This document shows positions 32,786-45,059 of a stretch of DNA of 64,000 nucleotides, in pieces. How positions within the stretch are numbered: the first letter of the stretch is position 1; each line of letters opens with the position of its first letter. The notes under the pieces are model-generated. The model was not told where the DNA came from, ran no database searches, and saw nothing but the letters and a program-made list of their open reading frames with translations. A program made the position numbers and the translations under genes. The DNA is from an uncultured delta proteobacterium (lineage in GTDB: Bacteria; Myxococcota_A; Polyangia; Fen-1088), in NCBI GenBank assembly GCA_963767925.1, contig CAVYGB010000002.1, forward strand, positions 576,001 to 640,000, given 5' to 3'.

Positions 32786-33976
32786 GTGTCGGGTGGTGCA
32801 GCCGGGGGCGGGAGCTGTCGATGGGGAAGGGAGGGGGAGCGACTGCTGCGCGGCCAGGAAGTGGGTGGGAGAACACGCGACGCTGGACCGCGCCGGTCCG
32901 ATGGTGGGCGTGCCGTCGCCGCGGCCGCTGCGCGGGCGAGTCGCCGCCGGGCGATCGGCGGGATCGTGCTGCTGGTGCTGGCGGGCGGGTGCCTGAACCT
33001 GGCGCCGCCGTCGGTCACCCGGTGTGGCGAGGACCACCACATCTGCCGGGAGGACGCGGGCGCCGAAGACGGACGCAAGGATGCGTTCACCGGGGAGAGC
33101 GGGACCGACGCGGTGGCGCCGGACGCTGACTCTCCCGACTCGGACGGCCTGGACCACGCGGTCGACCTGGACCCAGCGGGCCCCGACGCGGATCCAGACA
33201 CAACGAGTGGCCCGTCGGACGTCGCCCCGGTCCCGAGCTCCGACGGACCGACCGACCTGGCCCCCGACACCGCCGTGGATCGCGCGCCCGACACCGCCAT
33301 CGACACCGCCGTGGACCGCGCGCCCGACACCGCCATCGACACCGCCCCGGACCGCGCCCCCGACACCGGTCCGGTCGCAACCTGCCCCGGCGACTCGTCG
33401 CTGCTGCTCTGCCTGCGGTTCGAGGGCGCGCTGGTCGACGAGTCGGCACCCGCCGCCACCGTCACGGGGAGCAACCTCGGCTACCAGTCCGGAACGGACA
33501 GCCAGGCGATCCGCCTCGCCAGCTCGAGCCTGCTGCGGGCGGCGGCGGGGTGGGGATCGTTCGCCAGCGCCTTCACGCTGGAGGTGTGGATCCGCCCCGA
33601 TCGCCTGCCCAGCAGCGGCGATCGCATGGGACTCTTCGACGCCGAGGGTCGCTTCGGCCTGTTCCTGCTGCCCGGCGGGGGCGTGAGCTGTTCCTCCCCG
33701 GGTGGTGAAGCGATCGCGGCGGGCGTTGTGTCGGCCGGGCGCTGGAGCGCCGTGGCCTGCACGGCGAGCGGGAGCACCCTCACCCTCTGGATCGACGGCC
33801 AGGCGGAGGACCAGGCGTACTTCGACGGCCTCTCCAGCGGATCGCCCGCCGCCCTCGCCATCGGCGGCAACCTCCCCTCGGGCGATCCCTTCGAGGGCAT
33901 GATCGACAACGTCCGCGTCTGGAGCGTCGCGCGCAACGCCCAGCAGATCGCCGCCCACCAGCCCGCCTCGCCGTAG
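32786..33976 (+). CDS. LamG/concanavalin-like domain lipoprotein (true start probably downstream of 32786)
   Basis: Lipobox LAGGC, DTAVDRAP repeats, then FTLEVWIRP, WSAVAC, LWIDG and FEGMIDNVRVW. Confidence 0.8.
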   Translation: MSGGAAGGGSCRWGREGERLLRGQEVGGRTRDAGPRRSDGGRAVAAAAARASRRRAIGGIVLLVLAGGCLNLAPPSVTRCGEDHHICREDAGAEDGRKDAFTGESGTDAVAPDADSPDSDGLDHAVDLDPAGPDADPDTTSGPSDVAPVPSSDGPTDLAPDTAVDRAPDTAIDTAVDRAPDTAIDTAPDRAPDTGPVATCPGDSSLLLCLRFEGALVDESAPAATVTGSNLGYQSGTDSQAIRLASSSLLRAAAGWGSFASAFTLEVWIRPDRLPSSGDRMGLFDAEGRFGLFLLPGGGVSCSSPGGEAIAAGVVSAGRWSAVACTASGSTLTLWIDGQAEDQAYFDGLSSGSPAALAIGGNLPSGDPFEGMIDNVRVWSVARNAQQIAAHQPASP

Positions 33977-34115
33977 CGCGCGCGCCGGGCTCATCGCCGA
34001 TCGCAGCGGCAGTTTCAACTCGATCGCCCCACAACGGCGCCGGCCGGCTCCGCATCTCGCGCGCGCGGCTCGAGGCGAAGATGAAAGGCGGGTACGTGTT
34101 AAACAAGCGGGCGGA

Positions 34116-34911
34116 ATGACCCTCTCACGCGGCCTGCCCGCGGCAGTGCTCGCCGCGCTCCTGTGTCTGGGCGCCTGCCGGCGCGAAAGCGCCGCGCCGG
34201 GCCTGCCGCCGCTGCTGCCCCCCGCGAACGCCGCAGCCCCTGCGCCGACCAACACCGCTGCCCCCGCTGCGCCGACTAGCGCTGTCGCCACCGCCGCGCC
34301 GGCCAACGCCGCTGCCCATGCGCCCGCCAGCGCCGCCCCCCCCCGCCGCGCCGGGCGGTTCCGGCGGGGCGACTCCGACGGCGTCCTGGACGCCCGAGCG
34401 GGTGCGTGCCTTCGTGCTCGAGGTCCACCTGTCGATCGAGAAGGTGGTCGACGACCTCACGAAGAAGCGCGACCGCAGCAAGATCATCGGCGAGTGTTTC
34501 GACGGCGAGCCGGCCGGGGCGCTGGCGAAGACGGGCGAGGTCTTGCCCCTGCTGGAGAAGAAGATCACCGGCACCGCCCTCCCCTGTTACCTGGCCAGCT
34601 ACTTCGGCTGCACGGTGGGGGCCTGGATCGGACGCGCCGGCATGGCCAAGATCGGCCCCGGCTTCGTGCCCTTCACCCGCTCGCGCGTGACCATCGTCGA
34701 ACAGACGCCCGAGCGCGTGGTCGCCGACGTCATCGAGGCCGACATCAATGTCGTCATCCACGGCGAGATCGACCGCGGCCAGATCAGCGAGAAGACCGAG
34801 GCCACCCTGAAGGAGAAGTCCCGCTACACCCTCACCCGCGGCGCCGCGGGCGTCTGGCGCATCTCCGACCGCCAGGTCTCCTTCGACGAATGGGAGTGCC
34901 GCCCCCGCTGA
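34116..34911 (+). CDS. lipoprotein, frameshifted at C9 run 34336-34344
   Basis: Lipobox LGAC in ORF 34116 and a globular domain in ORF 34318..34911. Removing one C joins them. Confidence 0.7.
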
Positions 34912-34984
34912 GGCAAGGCCACGTTCCGTCGACCGCCCCGCCGTCGGCGGCCGGCACGGAGACGCACACGGATCCGTCTGACAG

Positions 34985-35112
34985 TCGTGCACATCTCACG
35001 TGCTCGCGCTCGTATCGTGCACGTGCACGGAAGACGTGGACGGGATCCCAGTCGTGCACGTCTCACGTGCTCGGAAGACGTCCACGGGATCCGCCAGTCG
35101 TGCACGTCACAC
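34985..35112. repeat. degenerate repeats rich in GTGCAC/CACGTG palindromes
   Basis: agtcgtgcac.tc.cacg three times and ggaagacgt..acgggatcc twice. Confidence 0.65.
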
Positions 35113-35194
35113 GCGGCGCCTCGACGGAGCGCCGGCGCCGGGGCGCGCAGCGCCGAGGGCGGGGCGGCGGCTATACTCGAGTGGTCCAACGCGC

Positions 35195-36409
35195 ATGCGC
35201 CGGTCGGTCTCAGCCTCGCCCTCCCTGCCGCTGGCGATCTCGGTGGTGGTGCATGCCCTGGCCGCGCTGCTGCTGGTCCGGGTGGGTCCGTGGCGGCCGG
35301 TGACCGCCCCGGCGCCGGCGCCGGAGCCCGCGCTGGAGGTGGAGCTGGTGGAGACCCCGCCGGCCACCGAGCCGGGGCCGGAACCGGCGCCGATCGCGCT
35401 GCCGCCGACCGCCCGCGCGCCCGAAGTCCCACCCCCGAGCCCACGCCCCGGGCCACGACCTGCGCCCGTCCGCGCACCGGCGCCCGCCAGGTCCGAACCC
35501 CGGGCGGCACCCCCCGCGGATCCGCCGCCGGCCACCCCCGCGCCGCGGGCGGCACCCCCCGCGAGCCCCTCGGCGGGCTCGCGCGGGCGGCCGCCGGTGG
35601 TGCTGGCGCTCGACTTCCGGGCGATCGATCGCCTCACCGACCGGGGGGTGCTGGCGCGGCCGGAGGCGCCCGGCGGGCCGCCGGCGCCGGCGGCGCCGCG
35701 GGTGTCTGCCTTCGGGCAGCGGCTGGCGGCGCGGGTGCGGGAGGATGGGGCCCGGCGCAACGTGGCTGCGGGCAAGGTGCACCCGCAGGTGTTCGACTAC
35801 ATGCGGGACGCGCGCAAGGTGTTCGCGCCGGACCCGGGCACGGTGGATCTGGACCCGCGCACGCCGAACAGCGTGAAGAACAGCCTGAAGCAGTGGGGTG
35901 GCGGCCTCCGCGAGGCGTACCGGAGCTGGCGGCGCGAGCTCGGCAATCTGAACGCCCGCACGCGCAATGATCTCGACCGGCGGGGCGTGCCCGACATCCT
36001 GGAGCACTACAACCGCATCCTCGAGGGGAACCGCAAGGGCGCGGAGGCCATCGCCTCGCAGGTCTGCCTGCTCCTCGCGCCGGGCGATCCGCCCCGGGTG
36101 GAGCTGGGCCGCAGCTCGAACAACGACGAGGTGGACCGGGCGGCGATCGATGCCCTCCGCCTCGCCGCCCGCAGCCGCCAGCCCGAGTCCGACCTCGCCC
36201 GGCAGCGCACCTGTTACCGCTTCGAGGTCAAGGTGGTGCGCGTGCCCCCGCTGCCGGTGGCCGGTTGCACCTTCGACGAGGTGGCGCTCACGGCGAGCTG
36301 CTATTACCCCCTCAAGAAGGCGATGGTCATCTCGGTGTCGGTCGACGGCGTCGACTACGACGAGGGCGCCGCCGTAGCTGGACCAGGTGCCGCGCCGGCG
36401 GCTCCCTGA
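35195..36409 (+). CDS. TonB/TolA-like energy-transducer protein
   Basis: SVVVH TM motif (SxxxH), Pro-rich spacer, RSSNNDEVDRAAIDAL TonB-C-like segment. TATACT -10-like box at 35172. Confidence 0.7.
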   Translation: MRRSVSASPSLPLAISVVVHALAALLLVRVGPWRPVTAPAPAPEPALEVELVETPPATEPGPEPAPIALPPTARAPEVPPPSPRPGPRPAPVRAPAPARSEPRAAPPADPPPATPAPRAAPPASPSAGSRGRPPVVLALDFRAIDRLTDRGVLARPEAPGGPPAPAAPRVSAFGQRLAARVREDGARRNVAAGKVHPQVFDYMRDARKVFAPDPGTVDLDPRTPNSVKNSLKQWGGGLREAYRSWRRELGNLNARTRNDLDRRGVPDILEHYNRILEGNRKGAEAIASQVCLLLAPGDPPRVELGRSSNNDEVDRAAIDALRLAARSRQPESDLARQRTCYRFEVKVVRVPPLPVAGCTFDEVALTASCYYPLKKAMVISVSVDGVDYDEGAAVAGPGAAPAAP

Positions 36410-36410
36410 C

Positions 36411-36495
36411 GCGAACCGGAGGCGAACCGGAGGCGAACCGGAGGCGAACCGAAGGCGAACCGGAGGCGAACCGGAGGCGAACCGGAGGCGAACCG
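36411..36495 (+). repeat. 11-bp tandem repeat GCGAACCGGAG x ~7.7
   Basis: Seen directly after the stop codon at 36409; one variant unit. Confidence 0.95.
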
Positions 36496-36603
36496 CGTAG
36501 CCCGCCCGCCCCTTCCGCCCGACGCGCCCCCCCGCCCCCTTCCGCCCGGCGCGACCGCCCCCCCGCGGGCCCAAGGCTGGCGCAGAGGCGCACCTCGCGC
36601 GTG

Positions 36604-36690
36604 CGGCCGATGACCGGCTCACATGGGGTAGGCGGTCGATGACCGGTTCACATGGGGTAGCCGGTCGATGATCGGTTCCTGTGGGTAGGG
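36604..36690 (+). repeat. 29-bp tandem repeat x3
   Basis: Unit cggtcgatgaccggttcacatggggtagN. Confidence 0.85.
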
Positions 36691-36795
36691 ATCCCGAGCG
36701 AAAGATCGAAAAATCGTCTCTCTCCTGTCGGCCTGGCCGGCCCGTTATCGTCGTGTCGTTGACGCGCACCCACCGGGGTGCAACAAGGAGATGCG

Positions 36796-38103
36796 ATGCG
36801 CTCAGTGAACTTTGCCAACCTGGAGATGACGAGACGGCGATTCCTGGTGGGGTCCGGCAGCGCCGCGGCTGCCCTGGGCCTGCCCGGCTGTGCGAGCGCG
36901 CCTGCCACGCGGGCGCGGCTGACCGTGCCCGGCCTGCATGAGCTGATGGCCGCCCAGGTCGTCCCGGACAAGTTGCCGGGCGCCGTCTGGTTGATCGCCC
37001 GCGGGGACGACGTCGTCGTCGACACGGTGGGGGTCAGCGCCATCGGCGGCAGCGCGCCCATGCGCCGGGACACCATCTTCCGCATCGCCTCGATGACCAA
37101 GCCGATCACCTCGACCGCGGTGCTGATGCTGATCGAGGAGGGCAAGCTCACCCTCGATGCGCCGGTCGAGCGCTGGCTGCCCGAGCTCGCCAGCCGGCGC
37201 GTGCTCAAGCGCATGGACGGTCCGCTCGAGGAGACGGTCCCCGCCAGCCGCTCGATCACGGTGAAGGACCTGCTCACCTTCACCCAGGGGTTCGGCATCC
37301 TGTTCGAGGGGGCCCCGCCGATCGTGCGCGCCACCGTCGACCTGCAGCTCACCAACGCCGAGCCCATCCCGATGACGCCGCACGCGCCCGACGCCTGGAT
37401 GGCCAAGTTCGGGACCCTGCCGCTCATGCACCAGCCCGGCGAGCACTGGATGTACAACACCGGCAGCCTCCTGCAGGGCGTGCTGGTCAAGCGCGCGTCC
37501 GGGCAGGACTTCGACGACTTCCTCCGCGCGCGGATCTTCACCCCGCTCGGCATGCGCGACACCGGCTTCTTCGTCTCGCCCGACAAGCTCGAGCGGTTCG
37601 CCGGCTGCGGCGCCTTCACCCATCCGGAGAAGGGGCCCGTCCGCATGGACGCCGACGGCGCCCGCAGCGCCTACGCCACCGACCCGGTCTTCCCCTCGGG
37701 CGCCGGGGGGCTGGTCTCCACGGTCGACGACTACCTGAAGTTCGCCCGCATGTTGCTGGCCGGGGGGGTGCACGAGGGCCACCGGCTCCTCCGCGCCGAC
37801 ACGGTCCGCGACATGACGAAGGACCAGCTCACCGCCGAGCAGAAGGCGCGTTCCAGCTACTTCCCTCCGGGCTACTTCAACACCCACGGCTGGGGCTACG
37901 GCGTTGGCGTGAGCACCGCCCCCGACCCCATCTCCCCCACCCCCGGTCGCTACGGCTGGGACGGGGGCTTCGGCACCTCCTGGACCAACGACCCCACCCA
38001 CAACCTGGTGGCGATCGTGCTGACCCAGGGCACGGACTTCCTCTTCGCCGGCGGCCTCGAAAAGTTCTGGCGCACCCTCTACGCCGGCCTGCCCAAGGCC
38101 TGA
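36796..38103 (+). CDS. serine hydrolase, beta-lactamase class C-like family; Tat lipoprotein
   Basis: TRRRFL Tat motif, LPGC lipobox, FRIASMTK (SxxK), LLTFTQG, YNT and WDGGFGT. Confidence 0.9.
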   Translation: MRSVNFANLEMTRRRFLVGSGSAAAALGLPGCASAPATRARLTVPGLHELMAAQVVPDKLPGAVWLIARGDDVVVDTVGVSAIGGSAPMRRDTIFRIASMTKPITSTAVLMLIEEGKLTLDAPVERWLPELASRRVLKRMDGPLEETVPASRSITVKDLLTFTQGFGILFEGAPPIVRATVDLQLTNAEPIPMTPHAPDAWMAKFGTLPLMHQPGEHWMYNTGSLLQGVLVKRASGQDFDDFLRARIFTPLGMRDTGFFVSPDKLERFAGCGAFTHPEKGPVRMDADGARSAYATDPVFPSGAGGLVSTVDDYLKFARMLLAGGVHEGHRLLRADTVRDMTKDQLTAEQKARSSYFPPGYFNTHGWGYGVGVSTAPDPISPTPGRYGWDGGFGTSWTNDPTHNLVAIVLTQGTDFLFAGGLEKFWRTLYAGLPKA

Positions 38104-38205
38104 GCGCCGAACAACCGATCTCGCCCGCGCCCGCGTCAAGCGACGTTGGTCAGCCCGATGTTCCCGGTAGCGCCGCCCTCCGGCGGGCGCTACAAGTCGA
38201 CGTCC

Positions 38206-39174
38206 ATGTCGCCGCTGCTCCTTGTCGCCGGCTTTCTGGGCGCGGGCAAGACCACCTTCCTGCGCGGGTTGATCCCTGCCGTGCGGGCGCGCGGCCTGCG
38301 GCCAAGGGTGGTGCTCAACGACTTCCAGAACGCCCGCGTGGACGCCGCCACCCTCACCGACGTCCTCCCGGATCTGGTGGCCCTCGACGGCGATTGCGTC
38401 TGCTGCGAGACCTTCGCCGACCTGCTCGAGGCGCTGGCCGCCATGACCGGAGCGCCAGGTGAGGTGGTGGTGGTCGAGACCAACGGCACCACCGACACCG
38501 GCGCCCTGCTCGAGCTGCTAGGGGGCGAGCCCCGGCTCGATCACCTGGCCCCGCCGCTCCAGGTCACGCTGGTGGACGCGCACCGCTTCGCGCGGCGAGG
38601 CTGGCAGGACACCATGGAGGAGGAGCAGATCGCCACCGCCACCCACCTCGCCATCAGCCGCCAGGACCTGGTGGACAAGGAGCGCCTGCGGCAGGTAGAG
38701 CACGCCCTGGCGGCCATGGCCCCGACCGCCCGACGAACCGACGCCCTCCGCTGCGCCGAGGAGCTGGCCGCGCTCGAGCAATCCCTGCGGGGGCGGGGCG
38801 GTCGGACGGCAAGCGGCGTGGCGGCCCCCGCCAGCGCAACGGCGCCGGGGCACCCGCACGATCACGCCCTCCACGACTTCGCCTCGTTGCAGGTGCCGCT
38901 CGATGGCGTTGTCGACGAGCTGGCCTTCCTCGATTTCCTGCGCCGGCTTCCGCCGGAGGTCCTGCGGGCCAAGGGGATCGTCGAGCTCACGGCGCCGCAG
39001 GGAGAGCGGCGCAGCTTTCACAAGGTCGACGTCCAGGTCGAGATCTCGCCCTGCCGCCTGGCGGACCCGGATGCCCTCGCCCCGGTGGCGATCTTCGTGG
39101 GCCCCAACCTTCCGGCGTCGGAGGTCCGCGCGCGCCTGCAGCGCCTGCTGGCAGCAGCCGCCGCTCCCGGGTGA
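38206..39174 (+). CDS. CobW/COG0523-family metallochaperone GTPase
   Basis: GFLGAGKTT, LNDF, CVCC, VETNG, His-rich linker and LRAKG. Confidence 0.9.
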   Translation: MSPLLLVAGFLGAGKTTFLRGLIPAVRARGLRPRVVLNDFQNARVDAATLTDVLPDLVALDGDCVCCETFADLLEALAAMTGAPGEVVVVETNGTTDTGALLELLGGEPRLDHLAPPLQVTLVDAHRFARRGWQDTMEEEQIATATHLAISRQDLVDKERLRQVEHALAAMAPTARRTDALRCAEELAALEQSLRGRGGRTASGVAAPASATAPGHPHDHALHDFASLQVPLDGVVDELAFLDFLRRLPPEVLRAKGIVELTAPQGERRSFHKVDVQVEISPCRLADPDALAPVAIFVGPNLPASEVRARLQRLLAAAAAPG

Positions 39175-39344
39175 GCCCCCCGCGCCCCTCGCCGTCGCCG
39201 AGAGCCCGCTCATCTCGGCGGGGATGGCCCGGCGCGATGTTCTCCTTGAGCGGCTGGCGTCTGGCCCGCAGTCGCCGGGGGGAAGGGCAAACCCGCAGCG
39301 GCCGTCGCCTGCCCGCCTGGGACCCGGGCCTCCGGAAGCGGCCC

Positions 39345-39701
39345 TCACCTTTCTGGGAGGGGCAGACACTCCATGATCTCCACCGAGTCACCGGGGAAGA
39401 TGGTGAAGTGGGGGTGGTTGTCGAACAGCCTGGCGGCGGCTTCGTGCGACTCGGCCCGCACGATCACGTAGCCGACCATGACGTTCTTGATGTCCGTGAG
39501 GCCTTCGGGGGCGGCGCGCTTGGTCTTTCCCAGGGGTGTTCCCTTGTCGACGATGGCGGCGGCGTGTCTCGTGCCCCAGTCCATCCAGGCCTTCATGCCG
39601 GCCGCCTCGCGGGCCTTGCGTTTCTCCTCGTCCATCTGATTCCAGCCCGAGCGTTCCTGGGCGGCCTGGGTGCCGATGTAGATGGCCATGAAGTGTTTCA
39701 T
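39345..39701 (-). CDS. YciI-like protein
   Basis: GTPLGKT...GYVIVRAESHEAAARLFDNHPH; GAGG RBS. Confidence 0.75.
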   Translation of the reverse strand: MKHFMAIYIGTQAAQERSGWNQMDEEKRKAREAAGMKAWMDWGTRHAAAIVDKGTPLGKTKRAAPEGLTDIKNVMVGYVIVRAESHEAAARLFDNHPHFTIFPGDSVEIMECLPLPER

Positions 39702-39787
39702 TGTCGTTGCCTCCTCGTCGGTTGCCTCTGTCGATAGTCCTGATTTAGGACTAAAAAATCCTTCATCGCAAGTGTTATCCTCGCCGG

Positions 39788-40405
39788 GTGAGCGGGATAC
39801 GCAGCTATGGGGATCCCTGCGGGATCGCCCGAGGGCTCGACGTGGTCGGCGAGCGCTGGGCGCTGTTGATCGTGCGGGAGCTGCTCTATGGGCCCAAGCG
39901 CTTCACCGATCTCCGATCGGCCCTGGGCGCCAGCCCCAACGTCCTCTCCCAGCGGCTCGACGAGCTGGAAGCCGGGGGAGTCGTGCAGCGGCGCCAGGCC
40001 GGCGGAGCGCAATACGAGCTCACCACCTGGGGTCGAGGCCTCCAGCCCATCCTGCTGGAGCTGGGACGGTGGGGCGCGCGCGCCCAGCACCGGCCGGTGG
40101 CCGAGCTCAGCGTCGACGCGCTGATGGCCGCGCTCGAGTCCACCTTCGTCCCCGCGAACGCCACCGACCCCCGCGCCAGCTACGAGCTGCGGCTCGGGCT
40201 GGATCGCTTCGCCGTCGAGATCGCGCCCGGATCGATCGCCATCACGCGCGGCAGCCCGCCCCGACCCGACGTGGTGATCGAGACCGATCCCGGCACCCTG
40301 CGCGCCGTGGCCTTCGGCGACCGCAAGCTCGCCGGGGCGCCCCTCGAGATCCGGGGCGACGCCCGCCTGGCCCGGGCCTTCTTCAAGCTGTTCGCCCGCC
40401 CCTGA
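39788..40405 (+). CDS. HxlR-family winged-helix regulator with C-terminal SCP2-like domain
   Basis: YGDPCGIARGLDVVGERWALLIVRELLYGPKRFTDL. Confidence 0.9.
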   Translation: MSGIRSYGDPCGIARGLDVVGERWALLIVRELLYGPKRFTDLRSALGASPNVLSQRLDELEAGGVVQRRQAGGAQYELTTWGRGLQPILLELGRWGARAQHRPVAELSVDALMAALESTFVPANATDPRASYELRLGLDRFAVEIAPGSIAITRGSPPRPDVVIETDPGTLRAVAFGDRKLAGAPLEIRGDARLARAFFKLFARP

Positions 40406-40565
40406 CCGGCGGCCTGGCCCCCGTCGGCGAGAGGCCCGAATCGCACACGAGCTCGAGCAGATCGGAACCGTGAGCGCGCTCAGAGCAGGACAAAGTCGCG
40501 GGCTCACCATCGCAGTACGCCCTGACCGGGGCGCTCGCTGCCCGCCGACCGAGAGGAGCTTTCCC

Positions 40566-41507
40566 GTGAAAACAGCGTCGCCGATTCCGAGGGGTTTGCC
40601 GGAGGCACGGAGCCGAGGCGCATGCCGGCTCATGCTCGTGGTGGCCGTCGCCAGCCTGGCGTGCCGCTCCGAGACCCCAGCGCCCTCGCCCTTGCCGCGG
40701 CCGGCGCAAGCCGATGCCGGCCCCGATGGTGCGACGCCAGGTGGCGGTGGTACTGGCGGCGGTGGTGGCGGTGGCGCTGCAGGAGGTAGCGGGGGCAGCA
40801 GCCCGGAAGGTTCGCCGGGAGCTGGCGGGACCGGCCCGGACGCCGCCCCGGATCGGGCCCCCCCGCTGGACGCCGGCAGCACGCCCGACGTGCCCGCGCG
40901 CGGCCCCATCGGCAACCCGAAGCTGGACGACCTCGAGGACTGCGACCAGGCCATCCTGGCCAACGATGGCCGCGCCGGCACCTGGTACACCTACCTCGAC
41001 ATGTTCGGATCGACCCTCATGCCGGCCATGATCAGCCCGGAGATGGGCGGCGCGCCGGACAGCACCCGCTGCGCGATCCACGTGCGCGGCACCGTCGTCA
41101 GCGACCCCGCGATGATGAAATACGGCTTCGTCGGCGTGGGATTTTCCTTCACCGGCGCGACAGCTTTCGACTCGTCCGGGTATGAAGGGATCAGCTTCTG
41201 GACCCGGGGCAGCGGACAGATCCGGCTGGGCGTCGCGATCCCCGAGACCACCGACATGATGTTCGGCGGCGCCTGCACCAGCATGTGCGGAGACGCGTTC
41301 GGCGCGGTGGTCGAAGTGACGCCGGACTGGAAGAAGGTCGAGGTCAGATGGTCGGACCTGGCGCAAGCAGGCTGGGGCACCCCCGCCACCTTCGACAACA
41401 AGAAGATGGTCGGCCTCGACCTGGCCTTGCTGGGCGCCACCTTTGACCTCTGGATCGACGAAGTCGCCTACCTCCCCGCCGCCACCCCCCCAGCCACGTC
41501 ACCCTAG
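40566..41507 (+). CDS. lipoprotein with CBM11-like carbohydrate-binding domain
   Basis: SLAC lipobox, Gly-rich linker, then LDDLED...WYTY, YEGISFW, LAQAGWG and DLWIDEV. Start uncertain. Confidence 0.75.
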   Translation: MKTASPIPRGLPEARSRGACRLMLVVAVASLACRSETPAPSPLPRPAQADAGPDGATPGGGGTGGGGGGGAAGGSGGSSPEGSPGAGGTGPDAAPDRAPPLDAGSTPDVPARGPIGNPKLDDLEDCDQAILANDGRAGTWYTYLDMFGSTLMPAMISPEMGGAPDSTRCAIHVRGTVVSDPAMMKYGFVGVGFSFTGATAFDSSGYEGISFWTRGSGQIRLGVAIPETTDMMFGGACTSMCGDAFGAVVEVTPDWKKVEVRWSDLAQAGWGTPATFDNKKMVGLDLALLGATFDLWIDEVAYLPAATPPATSP

Positions 41508-41608
41508 TCGGGCCCGAGCGAAGCGAGGTAACCCGACTACTTTGAAAACAGTCCTTAGTCGGGCCCGAGCGAAGCGAGGAAACCCGACTACTTTGAAACG
41601 CTGCCTAG
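41503..41608 (+). repeat. two tandem ~51-bp REP-like hairpins
   Basis: tagtcgggcccgagcgaagcgagg.aacccgactactttgaaa twice; stem tagtcggg/cccgacta. Confidence 0.85.
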
Positions 41609-41871
41609 CGGCAATCGGGGGAGGCCAGGGAGAGTGCCCTTCCCGGCCCCCCCACAGATCCGGACTTGCACGTCCCGAATCCGGCTCTTCGACTCACGGG
41701 GTTCGCTGCGCTCGGGCAGACGCTGTGGACCACGACCACAGCGCCCAGCGCGGCGGCAACACACGCGCGCTTTTTCTTTGCGCGGGCGCTGCGGGCGCGC
41801 GGGCGGCTGGGGCGCTGCGATCGCGAGCGCGGGATGGCTGGGCGCTCGATCGCCGGCGCGGATGACTGGGG

Positions 41872-42027
41872 GCGCTGCGCTTCGGGGAGGGAAGGACTTG
41901 CTCGGGGCTCGCCGGGGCTCACAGCTTCGCGCTTGCCCCTCTGTCGGCGCTGGCAACTTCGCGCAGACGCGAAGTGCGCGCCTCCACTCGCCCCCGGCCA
42001 GGTCCTTCCCTCCCCTGCGCTCCGCTC
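41872..42027 (+). repeat. dispersed repeat copy 3
   Basis: Diverged copy of 31895..32050. Confidence 0.75.
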
Positions 42028-42156
42028 GCGTCGGGGCCCCGCGGGCGGTGGGTCTGGTTCCTTCCCGTCCATGGGAGTCGGAACCGGGAGTCCTTCCCCC
42101 CTTCTGGGGGGACCGGTATCACGCGCGCGAGCTGGCGACACCGCGGGCGACCGGGA

Positions 42157-42597
42157 TCAATCTTCGATGGTGCGCAGGCGCAGGATGACGCCGATCCCGA
42201 TCGCGACGAGCACGACCACCACGGCGACGGCGGCAGGAGAGGAGCCCACCCGCCACACGCTCACGCCCGCGCCGGCGAGGGTCATGCTGATGGCACCGAT
42301 CTTCGTCCGCCGGCGAACGCCGCGGTGGCGGTCCCAGTCGGCGAGCAGCCGCCCGAACAGCCGCGACCGCCGCAGCCAGGCGTGATGGCGCGGCGAGGAG
42401 CGCAGGAAGCAGAAGCTGGCCAGGAGAAGAAACGGGGTGGTCGGCAAGACCGGCGTGACAACCCCCAGCCCCCCGACCCCGACGAAAAACAGCCCCAGCC
42501 CCAGCCAGAGGAACCGCCGCCACCCGGTGGCCAGGGGGGGCCCCGCCGGCGGCGCGGACGGCGCCGGTTCGGGGCCGGATGGTTCGATCGAGGACAT
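42157..42597 (-). CDS. YbaN/DUF454 inner membrane protein
   Basis: PVLPTTPFLLLASFCFLRSSPR motif. Confidence 0.9.
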   Translation of the reverse strand: MSSIEPSGPEPAPSAPPAGPPLATGWRRFLWLGLGLFFVGVGGLGVVTPVLPTTPFLLLASFCFLRSSPRHHAWLRRSRLFGRLLADWDRHRGVRRRTKIGAISMTLAGAGVSVWRVGSSPAAVAVVVVLVAIGIGVILRLRTIED

Positions 42598-42762
42598 GGG
42601 GCAGGCTCGAGGCCGAGCAGGAAGTATAGCGCCCGCGAACCGCCCCCTCCCGCCCGGCCCCGGCCGGCCCGTCCCGACCGCGACCGCGACCGCACGCAGG
42701 CCGAACGGTGTGGGCGGAGCCCCCCGGCGTTCGCGCGCCCGCGAACCGCCCTTCCCGCCGGG

Positions 42763-45027
<2,265 letters not shown>

Positions 45028-45059
45028 CGCTTGCCTGCCTTCGCTGGGGTTCGCTGCCC

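Noticed and set aside
36796..38103. Bona fide beta-lactam resistance gene
   Set aside because: SxxK family membership alone does not show beta-lactamase activity; many members are esterases or peptidases.
41503..41608. Two hairpin repeats as a mini-CRISPR
   Set aside because: Only ~5-8 variable nt lie between copies; this fits REP or terminator-like hairpins.
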